A program made the translations under genes and the position numbers. A DNA stretch of 63,118 nucleotides, counting the filler, from Choristocarpus tenellus KU-1152 (Eukaryota; Protista; Phaeophyceae), in assembly GCA_964200185.2 (NCBI GenBank). It is 11 parts of 11 records of this genome, joined end to end, with 100 filler letters (N's around TTAATTAATTAA, not from the genome) between each part and the next. Parts side by side here need not be neighbours in the genome. Positions count along the whole stretch, not along the records: positions 32,220 to 43,992 come from CAXNAD020002145.1; positions 44,093 to 46,740 come from CAXNAD020025980.1; positions 46,841 to 51,234 come from CAXNAD020014759.1; positions 51,335 to 56,118 come from CAXNAD020013073.1; 7 more parts are not named here. One strand, given 5' to 3'. This document shows positions 39,801 to 51,724 of the stretch, in pieces; the stretch's first letter is position 1; each line of letters opens with the position of its first letter. The notes under the pieces are model-generated. The model worked only from the letters and a program-made list of their open reading frames with translations, searched no databases and was not told the DNA's origin.

Positions 39801-40400
39801 CTCCTCCCCAGCTGCACCCCAGCCTCCAATACTCTCTGTAGGAGCACATCCGTGCATTGGAGACCTGTGCTTCTCCCACCCACCAATTCTGGGGGTACTC
39901 CCTTGCGTCTGTACCCTTGCCTCCTCCTTCTCCTTCAAACGAGTCTCAACCAATGTATGCAGAGGTGTTGCATCCCATTGCTCCCGCTTTCTACGGGACC
40001 GTTCATTGTGAGCAACAATATCGTTATTCCCTAGATCATCCAGTGCACTGGATGGAATGGGATGACGCATCGACAGTATGTCGGGTAAGGTTTGATGTTA
40101 TGGTAACTGTTGTTGTGTTGTGGGTGACGTAAAAGTGCTCAGCTGGTGACACCTGGCATCCACTACTACTATGGGGAAATGATACTCGGATTTGGTAGTT
40201 CTGATAGCCAAAAAGGCACCTCCTTTCAAATCAGGGAGATATGATGTAACGCAGGGTCAAGTTCATAAATTGAAGCCTCGGTGGTGGTTGGTAACAAGGT
40301 CTCAACTCTCACCTATTGAGCATCCTGGGTCCTTCCACAATGTACTTCCTCTCAGCGTAGGATAGTTTTGAAGTCTCTTTTTGTTTCAGCTCAGGTTTGT
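36900..40400 (-). mobile_element. Possible very degenerate Ty1/copia remnants
   Basis: Weak minus-strand traces resemble RT 'LxEEVYI...KxLYGLKQ' (~39500-39580) and RNase H segments (~37150-37430). There is no intact ORF. Confidence 0.25.
37743..38000 (+). mobile_element. MITE family A, 3-bp TSD AGG
   Basis: agg|GAGTCAAAGTGTCTTAGAGGGTA...TACCCTCTAAGATACTTTCACTC|agg. Confidence 0.88.
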
Positions 40401-40473
40401 TCGTTGAAGATCCTTCGTTGGGCAACATCTGCGTCTGGGTAGTGTTTTCCAGTGAAGAGGGGAAAAGGAAGGT

Positions 40474-40605
40474 GGGTGCCTATGATGCATGTGCGAAGGA
40501 GTACAGAGGTTATATTTATAAAACATACTATTTTTTTGCAGGTGCATACGATGCATGTGCAAAGGAGTACAGAGTTTATTTAGAAAAAATACACTTTTTT
40601 TGCAG
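40474..40605. repeat. ~67-bp tandem duplication
   Basis: ggtgc(c/a)ta(t/c)gatgcatgtgc(g/a)aaggagtacagag...ttttttgcagg occurs twice. Confidence 0.75.
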
Positions 40606-43039
40606 GGAACAAAGTCTGACTGGAATAAACAATTCAAACACACAGGGGCCAATACAAGGATATGGATACTAAAAAATGGGAGACACTACGACAAGAATCT
40701 AAGAGGAATCTCAAAGATGATTGTTATATTGTACATATTTTGCTCATACAATAATCCATACCTTTTCCCCGTCAGGGTGTTCTAATTTGTTAAGAAAACA
40801 AGAATAAAAAAATGAAGGGTTAAGCGATACTAAACAAATCTCAGACTTTATGCAACTAATAGATTAGCCTCTACAATCCTATGCCCCTGATAGGAGGTGC
40901 TCCTCTACCTCCCCCCTCCCGAAATATTGACATTTTTCTCTTTTGTGAAATTATATCACTCACAAATTGACTAAGTACTCCGAGAAATAAACTCCTGATC
41001 AGGACTAAGCTGAAACATTTTTTGATATTTATCCCAATGAAATACCTTGAGAGGTTGAGAATCATATGTCAGATATGGGGTTGTTTGTGTTCCTGTGCAC
41101 TGAAACCCTTGACGAGGGCGTATGGTGCGCTGCTTGGCAAAAATACGACAGAGAACAGGGAAGGAGTGAGTTGGCGTACCAAGTAAGCAAATTGCGTCAA
41201 ATATCACACAGATACGCTCATTCGTGGAATATAGTCCACACCTGCTGAGATGTTTCCTGTATCCAGCTGTGGTCCTCTTTAGTCGCCGAATGACCCTGTC
41301 GCCAATCCTGGCTCGTCAACGTTTTACGGAAGCCCTGGCTCTTCTTCTCTGGCTTGTCTGAGGGTATATGTCTCTTCACCCTAGAACGATCTTCCTCGCA
41401 AGTTTGCGCATCCCACTCACCATGCATGGATGGCATTTTTGTTTCCCATTCTCCCTCATCACAGTGGGACGCCATTGACTTCTGGACAAGCGATTACCCC
41501 GTCCAAACTACATAGGCGTCCATGAGAAAAATTGGCGGTATTTTGGTACACTGATCACACAACAAAACAATTACGGTCCCCACAACTGAATATTATTATT
41601 GTTATTTGACCTGAGTGATCTGCAGCACATATTCTCGGTCATGGTGAGAGGAAACAAGCAATCGGCAGATCGACAACCGACACACTCACTATCCACATTC
41701 ATTGACAAGCAACATCGCTCTCTCAAGAAACTCCTGACTAAAAAATGCGTCAGTCTATGAATCGACTTGGGACTTACCACATTATCTCTATATATTGATA
41801 CCTCAATATCAAGTTACAGCTTTTCAGTCTTCACAAGTTCAGGAACACACTGGATCGAGCTATAGACTTCAAGCCTGAAAACCGACCCGTGTCAACGGAC
41901 AATCTACGAATAGAAAATCATGCGATCTCATAGAGGCCATTGAAATGGCACTTCTTCGATTCACCAAATCCACAGCATGGCCTCCTGGGTAGGACTTCGA
42001 ACAGTATGTAACAGAGAAAGAAGGGAACAACACGCAGGGTCGTACATCTCCCCCCATATATCGCCATTCTCTCACCACACATCACTCTTGGGTCCCACTG
42101 CTATTAAAAGCGAGCTCACTTATCTAAATAATTTATACGCAAATTTGAAAGAATGCTACCTAGCTAGATCACAACCGACGCTGCTTTGAATCCGCCAGTC
42201 TCGTGGTTGTGACTTTCGCCAGATACAACTAGCGAAGATCAGAGTCCCCAATCTCCTTTGTTGCATTCCAGTATAGCCAACACGACGCGAGTCACCTGTC
42301 TAGCTATTCGAGGATATGAGTCCTCTCCGACAAGAAGGATGTACGCCGAAGTCGGGACCGAGTCAGCCAGAGTTTCTTCCTGTGTGAGGAATCTTAAGAT
42401 GTTCGTTGTAGGTATGTATGTGTTGGGAGAAGTCTTATAACTGCAAACATTTTGTCAGAGAGGCGTCTAGTATGTTTGGAGATTATCATTTTCTTGGACA
42501 AGGGGAAATTTCTTTAAAAGGAATCAATCACCACTCCTCCACACACTACTATTGATATTAATTATGGAAAAGTCAAGCATTCATCCATATAACAAATGTG
42601 TGTTGTTTTTAGATGTTAGGGCTAGGATTTGTACATACATATAATAGAGAAATCTGTTTCACACATGTGGTTATTACTATATAAATCGTTTTGTTCTTGT
42701 TTCACCCAAACCAATAAAAGAAACAATAGAATACATTGGTATGTTCAAACAGAACTTTTCTCAACCCACCAAAATTACATGATCATAAAATTCCATAATA
42801 TTGTATAACAATATTAATATAGGCAGGTACTTACTTCCTCCTTTCGTAATTAATGAATCATAACTTTTACACTGTCCATGAAGAAGGAAGATTTTTTTGA
42901 CATAGTAATATTTTATGCGTGTATCGTGCAGACACTAAATAGTTAACCCACCAAAATCTCAACCAAGATGGGGCAACCCACACCTATCTATGATTCCGAC
43001 CCCGAAGCCCTCCAAAACTCCATTCCAGAAAGATATTTC

Positions 43040-43880
43040 CCCGCATCCACCAGGGCATTCGGGGGGAGTAGCTTACCCACAATCTCAGCCTTTACCTTGC
43101 TAAGATGGGGAATTTTGAGCACATTGTCACCCTTGAACCCCAGCACTTCACAGCAGACACTGCGAAGAGGCTCTGCCAGACGTGCTCTAGTGTCTCCCAG
43201 TGGTACACATAGAACGTCTCCACCGTGGTCTCCACCAGGTCCTCTGTGTGATAGTCACCCCCATGTGTCTTCCTTCAGTTGCTGGATGGATTGAAGTAAT
43301 CCCAGGTCGTTGACGTTGGGTTGAGGTGAGTTTACTGGCTGGGTCTCTACGACAATCTTGTCCCCCGCCGCCTCCTTAATTGCCTCCACGAACCCCCCCT
43401 TGGTGTGTGGCTTTGCCCCATGCAGCTGCACGAAGATGGTGTGTCCCTTCGGTCTAGGCATGCACGCTGTGAATTGCGGGGATGACGCCCTCGATCGATC
43501 ATTAGCTTCTTATATCTCTCACCGTCCACCATGGCTGGCACAAGCACCTTGGTGCCCTTGGGACAGTGATTTGCTGGAGGGCTGAGCAACCTTAGTGTCC
43601 ATGATTGGCCCGAATTCCAAATTTCCCATTGAACCACATCCAGTTGGGAGGGCTTCCTAGGGTGGGCCACAGCTCCAAGGAACATCACCTTTGTAATGTA
43701 ACACTTATTTTGTGCCCTTGGGGGTTTTGGGGCGGTCCTCAGTGGGGTGCAGGCACACACCTTGCCCCTCTTTTGAGGATGTAAAACCAATTCTCGTCCA
43801 CATCCACCTAGTCATACGTAGGTCGTCCACTATTACCCCACTTCCCCCCACACCTGTGCGGGAGACGACATAACCTACCC
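43040..43880 (-). pseudogene. Mariner-like transposase pseudogene (plant/oomycete-type, DD39D-like)
   Basis: Frameshifted fragments VDENWFY, ITKVMFLGAVAHPR, VDGERYKKLMID, IFVQLHGAKPH (second Asp lost; cf. IQQDNAxPH), QPVNSPQPNVNDLGLLQSIQ and GDNVLKIPH. Confidence 0.88.
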
Positions 43881-44234
43881 TGTTGAGGGCCAAAGTATCT
43901 GGGGGGGGGGGGGGGGGGGCCCATTCGGGGTTTTTTTTCCCATACCACGTTCCTCGAAAAAATGGTTTGTAGGGGGGGGGTGGTGGGGGTGTNNNNNNNN
44001 NNNNNNNNNNNNNNNNNNNNNNNNNNNNNNNNNNNNTTAATTAATTAANNNNNNNNNNNNNNNNNNNNNNNNNNNNNNNNNNNNNNNNNNNNAAGGATTT
44101 TACCCATAAAGTTGGCTTTAGTGGTGCGTGAGGAGGGGGGGGGCGATGTCTGTTATACTGGTAGTAGTTCACCAAGCAAATGCAGCAAAACAAACAAGGT
44201 CAGCAAAAAAAGACTAACTTCCTACTGACCCTCA

Positions 44235-44312
44235 CCAGTATAGGCAGTCCGTCCACACCAGAGGACAAGGACACCACTGTATATTCATACTTTGAGATTG
44301 CATAGACCTCCA
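44235..44312 (-). CDS. Candidate 78-nt exon of an unknown gene (LEVYAISKYEYTVVSLSSGVDGLPIL)
   Basis: cag acceptor, gtgagg donor, phase 0-0 and open; no family recognised. Confidence 0.35.
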
Positions 44313-44884
44313 GCTGCTTGTGCAAGAAATACCTAACCCTAACCCTAACCCTACATAAATTATCCAGAAGGTATAGCCACCGAGACAATGAAACACTACA
44401 CAATCCTGTCTTATCTGAACAAACCTCATCATCTTACCCTCACACTCTAAACCAACCCCAAGTGAGAATTAACCTACCGCTTCGAGAAGTTCCTGAAGGG
44501 ACCCACTTTTCACATCCATCAGGTCATCCATAGAGTAGAGACCTGGGTCAAGAGCTAGGTGCACCCTATAAGTCAAGAAGAGCACAACGGCATAAAAAGA
44601 AAACAACCACGGGCGCGGAAGGATGGGAAGGTAGTAGGTCAAGGTACGAGTAAAAGCAGGGTGGTACCATTCGCACTCACTTCCGACATTCACGGGCAAG
44701 ATAATTCCCTGAAACAAGAGGACTTCAGCAGTGAACCTCCGCACAACACTAGGTCCAGAAAGTATTCCATTCTCCCCATCGATATTCGGGACATGAGGCA
44801 AGAGACCACACTACATAGACACATCCGCATACACACATTGTTTGTCAGCCACGAAACACAAAATAGGGGGGGGAGGGGGGGGCA

Positions 44885-44922
<38 letters not shown>

Positions 44923-45849
44923 CCAATAAATACTGAGTACTAGTGGCGTATCTACTTTGAAGCAACGTGTACTTAAAAATACTACACAACCCATGATACA
45001 CCCTGTAAATTTCAGTCCTGTGATTCATTTCAATTGATCGTTTTGCACGTCTATGCATCTCCTGCTCTGGGACTCCCGCCGTGCTCAGCACTTTGCGCGC
45101 ATTTCAGCACTTTGCGCACATTTCAATTCCAAATACACTGGATCAAACAATTTTCAGCTGGTTTAATTGATACCCAGCAAACTTTTCCATTCATAACACT
45201 AGTACATTTGCTTCTTGAATGCATGTCTTTCAAGGATGAATGCATGCCAGTACAACTGGACAAGGGCATGGAAAAAAGTATTCTTGTGTGATGCATTATT
45301 AGCCTTCCCCAACAAAATATCTCCTAACTACTTTCTACAAACTTAGTGTGTATCCCTCACTGCTCTATAACAACTAGGATATGTTGCACCATATTGTACC
45401 AGCTATAATATCCACTGCTAACCAACCCACCAAACCTACAAGCTCCAACATACAACACTTTCTACACCCACACCTTCCTCTCCATAAAGACGCAATTCTT
45501 CCCCCCACTACTCTCCACTACCCCTGCACCTTCCCGCCAAAATTGTGTTAAGTATCTCCTCTCCTAAGTTGCAGCAGCGATCTCGAGGAAAAAGAATAGC
45601 ACGACGGAGGAGGCAAAGCTGTATCCTCAGCACATGTACACGATGCAGGGGCTGGGCACACACACAGAGAGAGATAACAAAAAGAGGATCAAGCCGGCTG
45701 TCTGGAATTCTGGGGTGGGCAAGCAGTTTGGGGGGAGGAGGGGAAGGACTGGACATACAGATTAAGTGAAATAGATAGGTCATCAATCAGAGAAAGAGAG
45801 AGACAGAAAGGAAGGGCAACAAAGGGCGTTGGAAATATGATCTACGAAC

Positions 45850-46210
45850 AAGCTCAACCACGCTTTCAGGCAGTTTTCAAATAAACCATGCCATGTACGA
45901 CAGCACCCGTCCTGGTCCTCGTGCTGCACCTACAATACTTACAGGAGGGTACGTGATTGCAATGTTTGGAGAAACCTTTTCATGAGGAGTAAACACCATA
46001 AGTCAACTAACTCCTCTCCGTCTCCAATCACCAACAAAGTCGAGGGGAGAGAGTCTCGCTTGGACCACCTGACCTGGTGTTCCTGGTGCAACTCTGGACG
46101 GAGATCCGACAGTTTGATCACAGGCAGAAAACGCGTCGCATCAAGAAACAGAGCAGCAGAGTGACAGACCCGATGAAGGCTAAAATCCCACCGATTGACC
46201 ACGTACCGTG
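45850..46210 (-). mobile_element. Degenerate hAT-like transposase C-terminal fragment
   Basis: HSAALFLDA...LVDLWCLL..KRF(PNIA)...GPGRVLSYMAW resembles the hAT AxxLDP / WW..FPxLA..ERxFS dimerisation region; frameshifted. Confidence 0.35.
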
Positions 46211-47052
46211 GAACTACACGGCGCTTTTCTGAATGACAGTAGCTGCTTGTTTGGATGGTTTTGTTGTGGGCAAGTGAGCGGGAGCAGGAATCAGTGATCT
46301 GATAAAGGGGGTTCGGCGGTTGCGGTATATAATGGGCGATGAATGATGGGCCCTTAGTTGGTTCAGCAGAGGGTGAAGTGGGATGTAAGTACGAAACTGA
46401 TACGCCTGAGAAAGGATCGGCAACAATGTATTACTTAACCGTCACCTAGAGAACTTAATCCATCATTGACAAGAATGCACCTGCTTTTCCGTGCCCACAA
46501 TTATCCCGCCTATTATACTGCATAGCGCGTAAAAGCATGTAAGGCATAAGGAATACAAAGGTAGGGGGAGGGGGGGTGTAAACATTGTACGGCATAATAG
46601 GAACATCTTTTTATTATAAGAAATGAGTGCAACGGGAGTCATCCAATGAGAACAAAGCACTATAATATACGGCACAGCTCTACCGACCAAGTATGAGGAA
46701 AGTATATTATGCAACATATGGTAATCCTGCCCTAAGAACCNNNNNNNNNNNNNNNNNNNNNNNNNNNNNNNNNNNNNNNNNNNNTTAATTAATTAANNNN
46801 NNNNNNNNNNNNNNNNNNNNNNNNNNNNNNNNNNNNNNNNTCCTCCTCTTCGTCCCCATTCTCCCCCCCCCTCTCCTCTCCTCGTCCCTTGAATTTAGTC
46901 CTCCGTCCTACTCTCAAAAAAAAAAACCTTTCCCTCGCCTCGATAGCAGACCGTAGAACTGTCAAGATCTTGGTAGGAATCTTTTTGCCGTTCCCAACAA
47001 GTTTGTCGCACGTCGAAACAATATCGGGTACAAATAACACTGTGTACATACA

Positions 47053-47637
47053 TCAAATCCACCTCTCCATGCCGGAGGATGCTCTTGCGTTAGGTGTACC
47101 TTTGCAAGTGTCGATGACATGATTGGATATTCCGAACAATGCCTTGAAAAACTGTGGACAAACGGGAATGCCGGCCGCAAGCATAGATCCGCCTCCAGGC
47201 CCCAACTTAATGACAGGTACACAATCACCAACGAAATTCTTGAAATCGTAGCTGTTCTCACACGCCCGGATGATTTCCTGCTCTTTGGCCAACGTGCGGG
47301 CAAGGAAGGACTCACTATCTGCCACGAACTTCTTCACACAGGTTAAGCGCTTGCAGCAGTCACCCTGTTCGTTGAACGGGATGGGTTGAGCCCATTCACG
47401 GCAAAGCTTGGCGCCGGTCACTGAAGCGTCATTGGTAGAAAGCTCCAGCACATCATTGTTGGCAAGCTGATGAGGGGGCAACACAGGGGGCGGCGCAGGT
47501 GACAGAAGCCACCCCCTTGCTGTGGGAGAAACTGTCATGGTGTTTTTGGGCAACAGGCGATCTTGGGCAGTTAGAAGGTCTAGCAGTGAATTGAATTCGA
47601 AGCCAGTCGTATGATGTTTGAGTTTGAAGAGACCCAT
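47053..47637 (-). CDS. Cys-rich ORF resembling the N-terminal region of DUF7869/Sola-like DNA transposases (truncated)
   Basis: CCKRLTCVKKF...VCPQFFKALFGISNHVI resembles the 'VCxxFFxxxxGIS' motif recalled from these proteins. No catalytic domain is visible. Confidence 0.4.
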   Translation of the reverse strand: MGLFKLKHHTTGFEFNSLLDLLTAQDRLLPKNTMTVSPTARGWLLSPAPPPVLPPHQLANNDVLELSTNDASVTGAKLCREWAQPIPFNEQGDCCKRLTCVKKFVADSESFLARTLAKEQEIIRACENSYDFKNFVGDCVPVIKLGPGGGSMLAAGIPVCPQFFKALFGISNHVIDTCKGTPNARASSGMERWI

Positions 47638-47739
47638 CAGACCAAAAAAAAATCCGTGTTCTGGAAAACGCGTTTATTCTCGCTGTGAATAAATAAAAAT
47701 TAGATTATAATCTGATCTCGGGCAACAGTCGGTCTTGGG

Positions 47740-48625
47740 CACGATAGAATTAAATTCGAAGCAAGGCGTAATAACGATGTTTGAGCTTCGGGTAATCCGT
47801 CGGACCACCCTGAGATCCATGATCCGGAAAATACGTGCATTATGGTTTTTAGAACTTAAAAAATCGATTATATTCGTAATTTCATTTTTTTTTAATACAA
47901 AGCACATACTTAATTGATCTTGTACGTTTCCAATGTTCCGAAACCAAAAGATAAAAAAAAAATGAAACCCTCTAATTGTTTTAAGTACAAAATCTTATAT
48001 TGTTCAACATTTTTATTTTTTTAAATACAAATGTCGACAAAAACCGGTTTTTGAGTTTCGGGCGATCCGTCGGACCACCCGAAACCCTTTAACCGCAAAA
48101 CACGTGCATTAGAGTTTTTAGAAATTGTAAATCCGATTATATCCATACTTACAATTTTCAAAAATACAAAGCACATACTTTATTGGTCATATGCGTTTCC
48201 AATGTTCCGAAACTAAAAGGTCACTTTAAACTGGTACCCTACAATTTTTTTAAATACTAAATTCGCTTTTTGTCGACATTTGTATTATATTATACAAATA
48301 ATACAAATGTCGACAAAAAGCGGTTTTTGAGTTTCGGGCGATCTGTCAGACCACCCAAAACCCTTGAACCGCAAAACACGTGCATTAGGGTTTTTATGAA
48401 ATAAAAATAATATTCTATTCTTAATATCAACAAATACAAATACAAACCACATACTCGTTGATCTAATACGTTTGAAATGTTCCGAAACGAAAAGGTCACA
48501 AAAAACTGATACCCCCTATCTGTTTTAAATATGAAATCGTTTACTGTTCGATATTTGTATTTTTTGGAACACAAATATCAACGGAAAAAGAAATCTGGGT
48601 TCTTTGGGCACCGACCGACCAGATG
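47740..48625. repeat. AT-rich tandem array of ~270-276-bp units (3 full + 1 partial) with internal inverted repeats
   Basis: The core ttgag(c/t)ttcggg..atc(c/t)gtc(g/a)gaccaccc..acgtgcatta..aatgttccgaaac recurs at 47781, 48051 and 48327. A perfect 25-bp inverted repeat lies at 48264-48288/48298-48322. Confidence 0.92.
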
Positions 48626-48737
48626 AAATAAAGAAGCACCTCCCAGCCCTCACTCCCCATTTCCATTCTTTCCCTTAAGCACATACTACCAGTACCTCTT
48701 TCTTATCTATGCCCATCACACCTTCCCAATCTTCGCC

Positions 48738-50803
48738 ATGTCCAACATTCGCTCAATAAACACCCCCCTGGGCGCCGATGGCGTTGCCCACAGATTGAGA
48801 GCGTCGGACAGCAATGTCCCTTGCTCCTCGAACATCACATGCACGGAGATGGTGCGTCCCCTGAGCGAGTGTGGCCTTGCGCGCGTCAGCAAGTCCATCC
48901 GTGAAAAAGGCTCGCTCGAGCAGTTTGCTCCGTTCATCGTCATCCAACAAGCCTGCTTAGGCAACGGGGACCAGCTCACCACCGACACTGCGCTTGCTGT
49001 TCAAGGAGAAACACTGGACGGAAATCATAGAATAACGCTGTTAAATAGAGAGTTTGATCACAAACACGCTTTCATGATGCGGGTCTACATGGAGTTCAAC
49101 CAAGCAGAAGAGAGGCTAATTGCCAACGGTGGGTGATGGAGTGTTGTCGTTGTTCCATGATCACCTGACTCTTCTGATCAACTAAGTAAGTTGAGTGTTG
49201 TCTCTGTTCCACGATCGCCTGATGACTCTTCTGATCTACCAAGTCGTTGCCGTGTTTCCTTTGTTTGGTTCATCGTCAGTGAGCCCATTTTTGATCTTTT
49301 TGTTGCTGATCTTTTTTATCCATCGAGGTCTTTCTGTCAGCAGCAACATATTGCTCACTGCTGCCTGCCGCATGTGTCCCGCGACCGCTTCCCACCTATC
49401 CCTTTCCCCGTTCGCCCACTGCACCGTCACGCTTATAGCATTCAACGATGCGACCGAGAGTGTGGTTGAGTGAATGCTGTACGATAAGGTATATTTTCAG
49501 CACAAGCTCAAAGAAGTTATCAAGCGACAAAGAAAAAAGAAGTGTCACAAGCAGAGATCCGCAAAATGTCCAAAAAGGTGAGGGAGTTGTCAACGTTGGT
49601 GGGATGGTGGCGCTCTACTCCTCCTCTTGTTGGGTTCCAGCTGTTGTAAAGATCTCTCTGTGTCCTCCTATTCAACCTAAGTTGATATTTCCATCCCGCG
49701 TTTAGCAACCCTGTCAACCAAATGCTTGATTTTCGGGTGACCATGTAGTATGTGTGTGTGCAAAATTACAGATGAAGCGAACAGTTTTTTCGTTCAGCAC
49801 TAGGTAGGCCAGGCCGCTGAGTATCATACCCCCTCCCCCCCCCCCTTCCCCTGGGTAAGGTCCACTCCTTATCCGGACCGTTGCGGTGTTGCCTGAATTA
49901 ATAAACACACGATACGTCACTTTGTGAACCAAAACCTCTCCTTCTTGGGCAACCATATGCTGTGTCTGTGTTGTATACACACAAACAATAATACCATTCT
50001 TGTTTGTTTTATCGTTAGGCCAGACGGCTGAATAACACTCCCCCCACACTCATACATACCCCGTTGGCATGGTAATAACGATGCATCATTCTGGCTGGCT
50101 GGGTGCGCATCATATTTTTCAATTTCTGCCCATTGCGAAGGTGGGTGTTACTCCCCTGCCGAAAACAACTCTACGAAACTGGCAGCAAGGCGTAAAGTCC
50201 CTTCAACCAGAGTCCTTTGAGGTACTAAGGAAGTGTGTGAGACCTCGTCACCACAGGTCGATCGCAACACGGTCACACTGAGCTATCTGAGTCGCGAGGA
50301 GTTTCCGGCTTCACTTCTCTGAAGTAGGGGCTATGCATCCGTCTGCTTGTGAGGCAAGTCAAACCACCAACATGTTTTATCATATAGGCAGCAGTAAACG
50401 ACATTTGTGCCGGTCGCAGCACCTTGCACAGGAACGTTCAAGAAGTGTCTCCTATGATGAAGACCGTAGTCGGGCATTGTTGTATCGAACGACGAACCGT
50501 TCATAGTACTGATCACTGTTCAACGTGCTCCCAGGTCTTGCGGTAGTGCGTTCTCGTGGGTTCCAAGTGCAGGATTTGGACTCGGACTTGATGCCAATCA
50601 CCACTAGAAAGCGCAAGTTTCCCTCTTCCCGCACTGGTGGAACGGGGAAAGGTCGCAAGGTGCGGAGGGGTGCCGGTGATTCTGCACCGTAAGATGAGCC
50701 GGAGTATGTCACCATTGCGGAGGAGGACAAGGAGGAAAATGAAGAGGAGGATGAAGGGGATGACGAAGAGGAGTAAGAAGAGGATTGGGACGGTGGTCGT
50801 TGA
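48738..50803 (+). pseudogene. Spliced ParB/Sulfiredoxin-like domain + HTH + basic NLS/acidic-tail gene, disrupted; exons 48738-49128, 49439-49577, 50141-~50221, ~50534-50803
   Basis: VRPLSECGLARVSKSIREKG..FAPFIV..LDGNHRITLL fits the ParB/Srx fold (SIxxxG..PxxV..DGxHR). The join VSQAEIRKMSKK|VGVTPLPKTTLRNWQQ is HTH-like. Lesions: TGA at 49471, a 1-nt frameshift near 49523 and two TAA in the acidic tail. Confidence 0.65.
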
Positions 50804-51345
50804 GGAGGGGGGAGGGGGAGCGGTGGGGGGGCATACAAGCTGGCAAATGAATGATTGACCAACGGCAAACAGAGGATATGGGAGTGTTGTTGTTCATGAT
50901 GCCTCCCTTGTCCAGTATTTTGTTCAAGCAGGTTGTTCGTGTCTCTGTTGCACTCCCAGTAACATGTTTACCAGCGTTGGCCCCCGTGCCTTCTTCAGGT
51001 GACATGCACAGTTTCTCACGGTGGCGGGGGGAGGAGGGGTACAGCGAATGAGCAGGAAAGTGAAAAAGCTGATTTTTTTTTTAATGTGCTTGAAGATTTT
51101 TTCTACTACAAGCTACCGTTAGATACAGTAGCTTTCTTCTCCTTCTCCCTATTGTTGTCATGCGATGTGTTACAAGTCCAACAACTTGCCCGAGAAAATA
51201 GATAAATGCAGATCGGCGTATCTCACAGGGTGGGNNNNNNNNNNNNNNNNNNNNNNNNNNNNNNNNNNNNNNNNNNNNTTAATTAATTAANNNNNNNNNN
51301 NNNNNNNNNNNNNNNNNNNNNNNNNNNNNNNNNNGGGAAGTTGGC

Positions 51346-51376
<31 letters not shown>

Positions 51377-51724
51377 AAGGGGGGGGGGGGGTTGTTTGTT
51401 TTCAGTTGTATCTATCGCACATGTCACAGCAGTGGCGCAACCCGAAGCTGAGTTCTAGTCTTGTACCAAGTCCGATGCCATCATTACACATCCTTACACA
51501 TCATCCATGTCAATGCTCTCATCCGACTTCTATCCGTTAACAGGAACGATACTTCAAGTTGAAAGTATTGTGTAAACCCTTTGAGCACTGTGGGGAGAGC
51601 TAAGGGCCCCTTGTCTCACAGTGGCATTGTGTTGGTCTTCTGACTTTTGGGGGGGGGCTTTCATGCTTGAGATGTTTATTTTTGTGTGCTCCTAACCACC
51701 CCATCCCCGCGTCTTGCACCAAAG

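Noticed and set aside
48738-49136. Sulfiredoxin or a bacterial contaminant parB
   Set aside because: It has DGNHR rather than the Srx FGGCHR catalytic Cys motif, carries GT-AG introns, and has no neighbouring parA.
25221-50780. TAA reassigned to Glu/Gln (TAA at the IspD junction and two TAA in the acidic tail at ~50690 and ~50775)
   Set aside because: Well over a thousand other exon codons, including a 338-codon exon, contain no in-frame TAA/TAG. The acidic-tail gene also has a TGA and a frameshift, so ordinary decay explains its stops.
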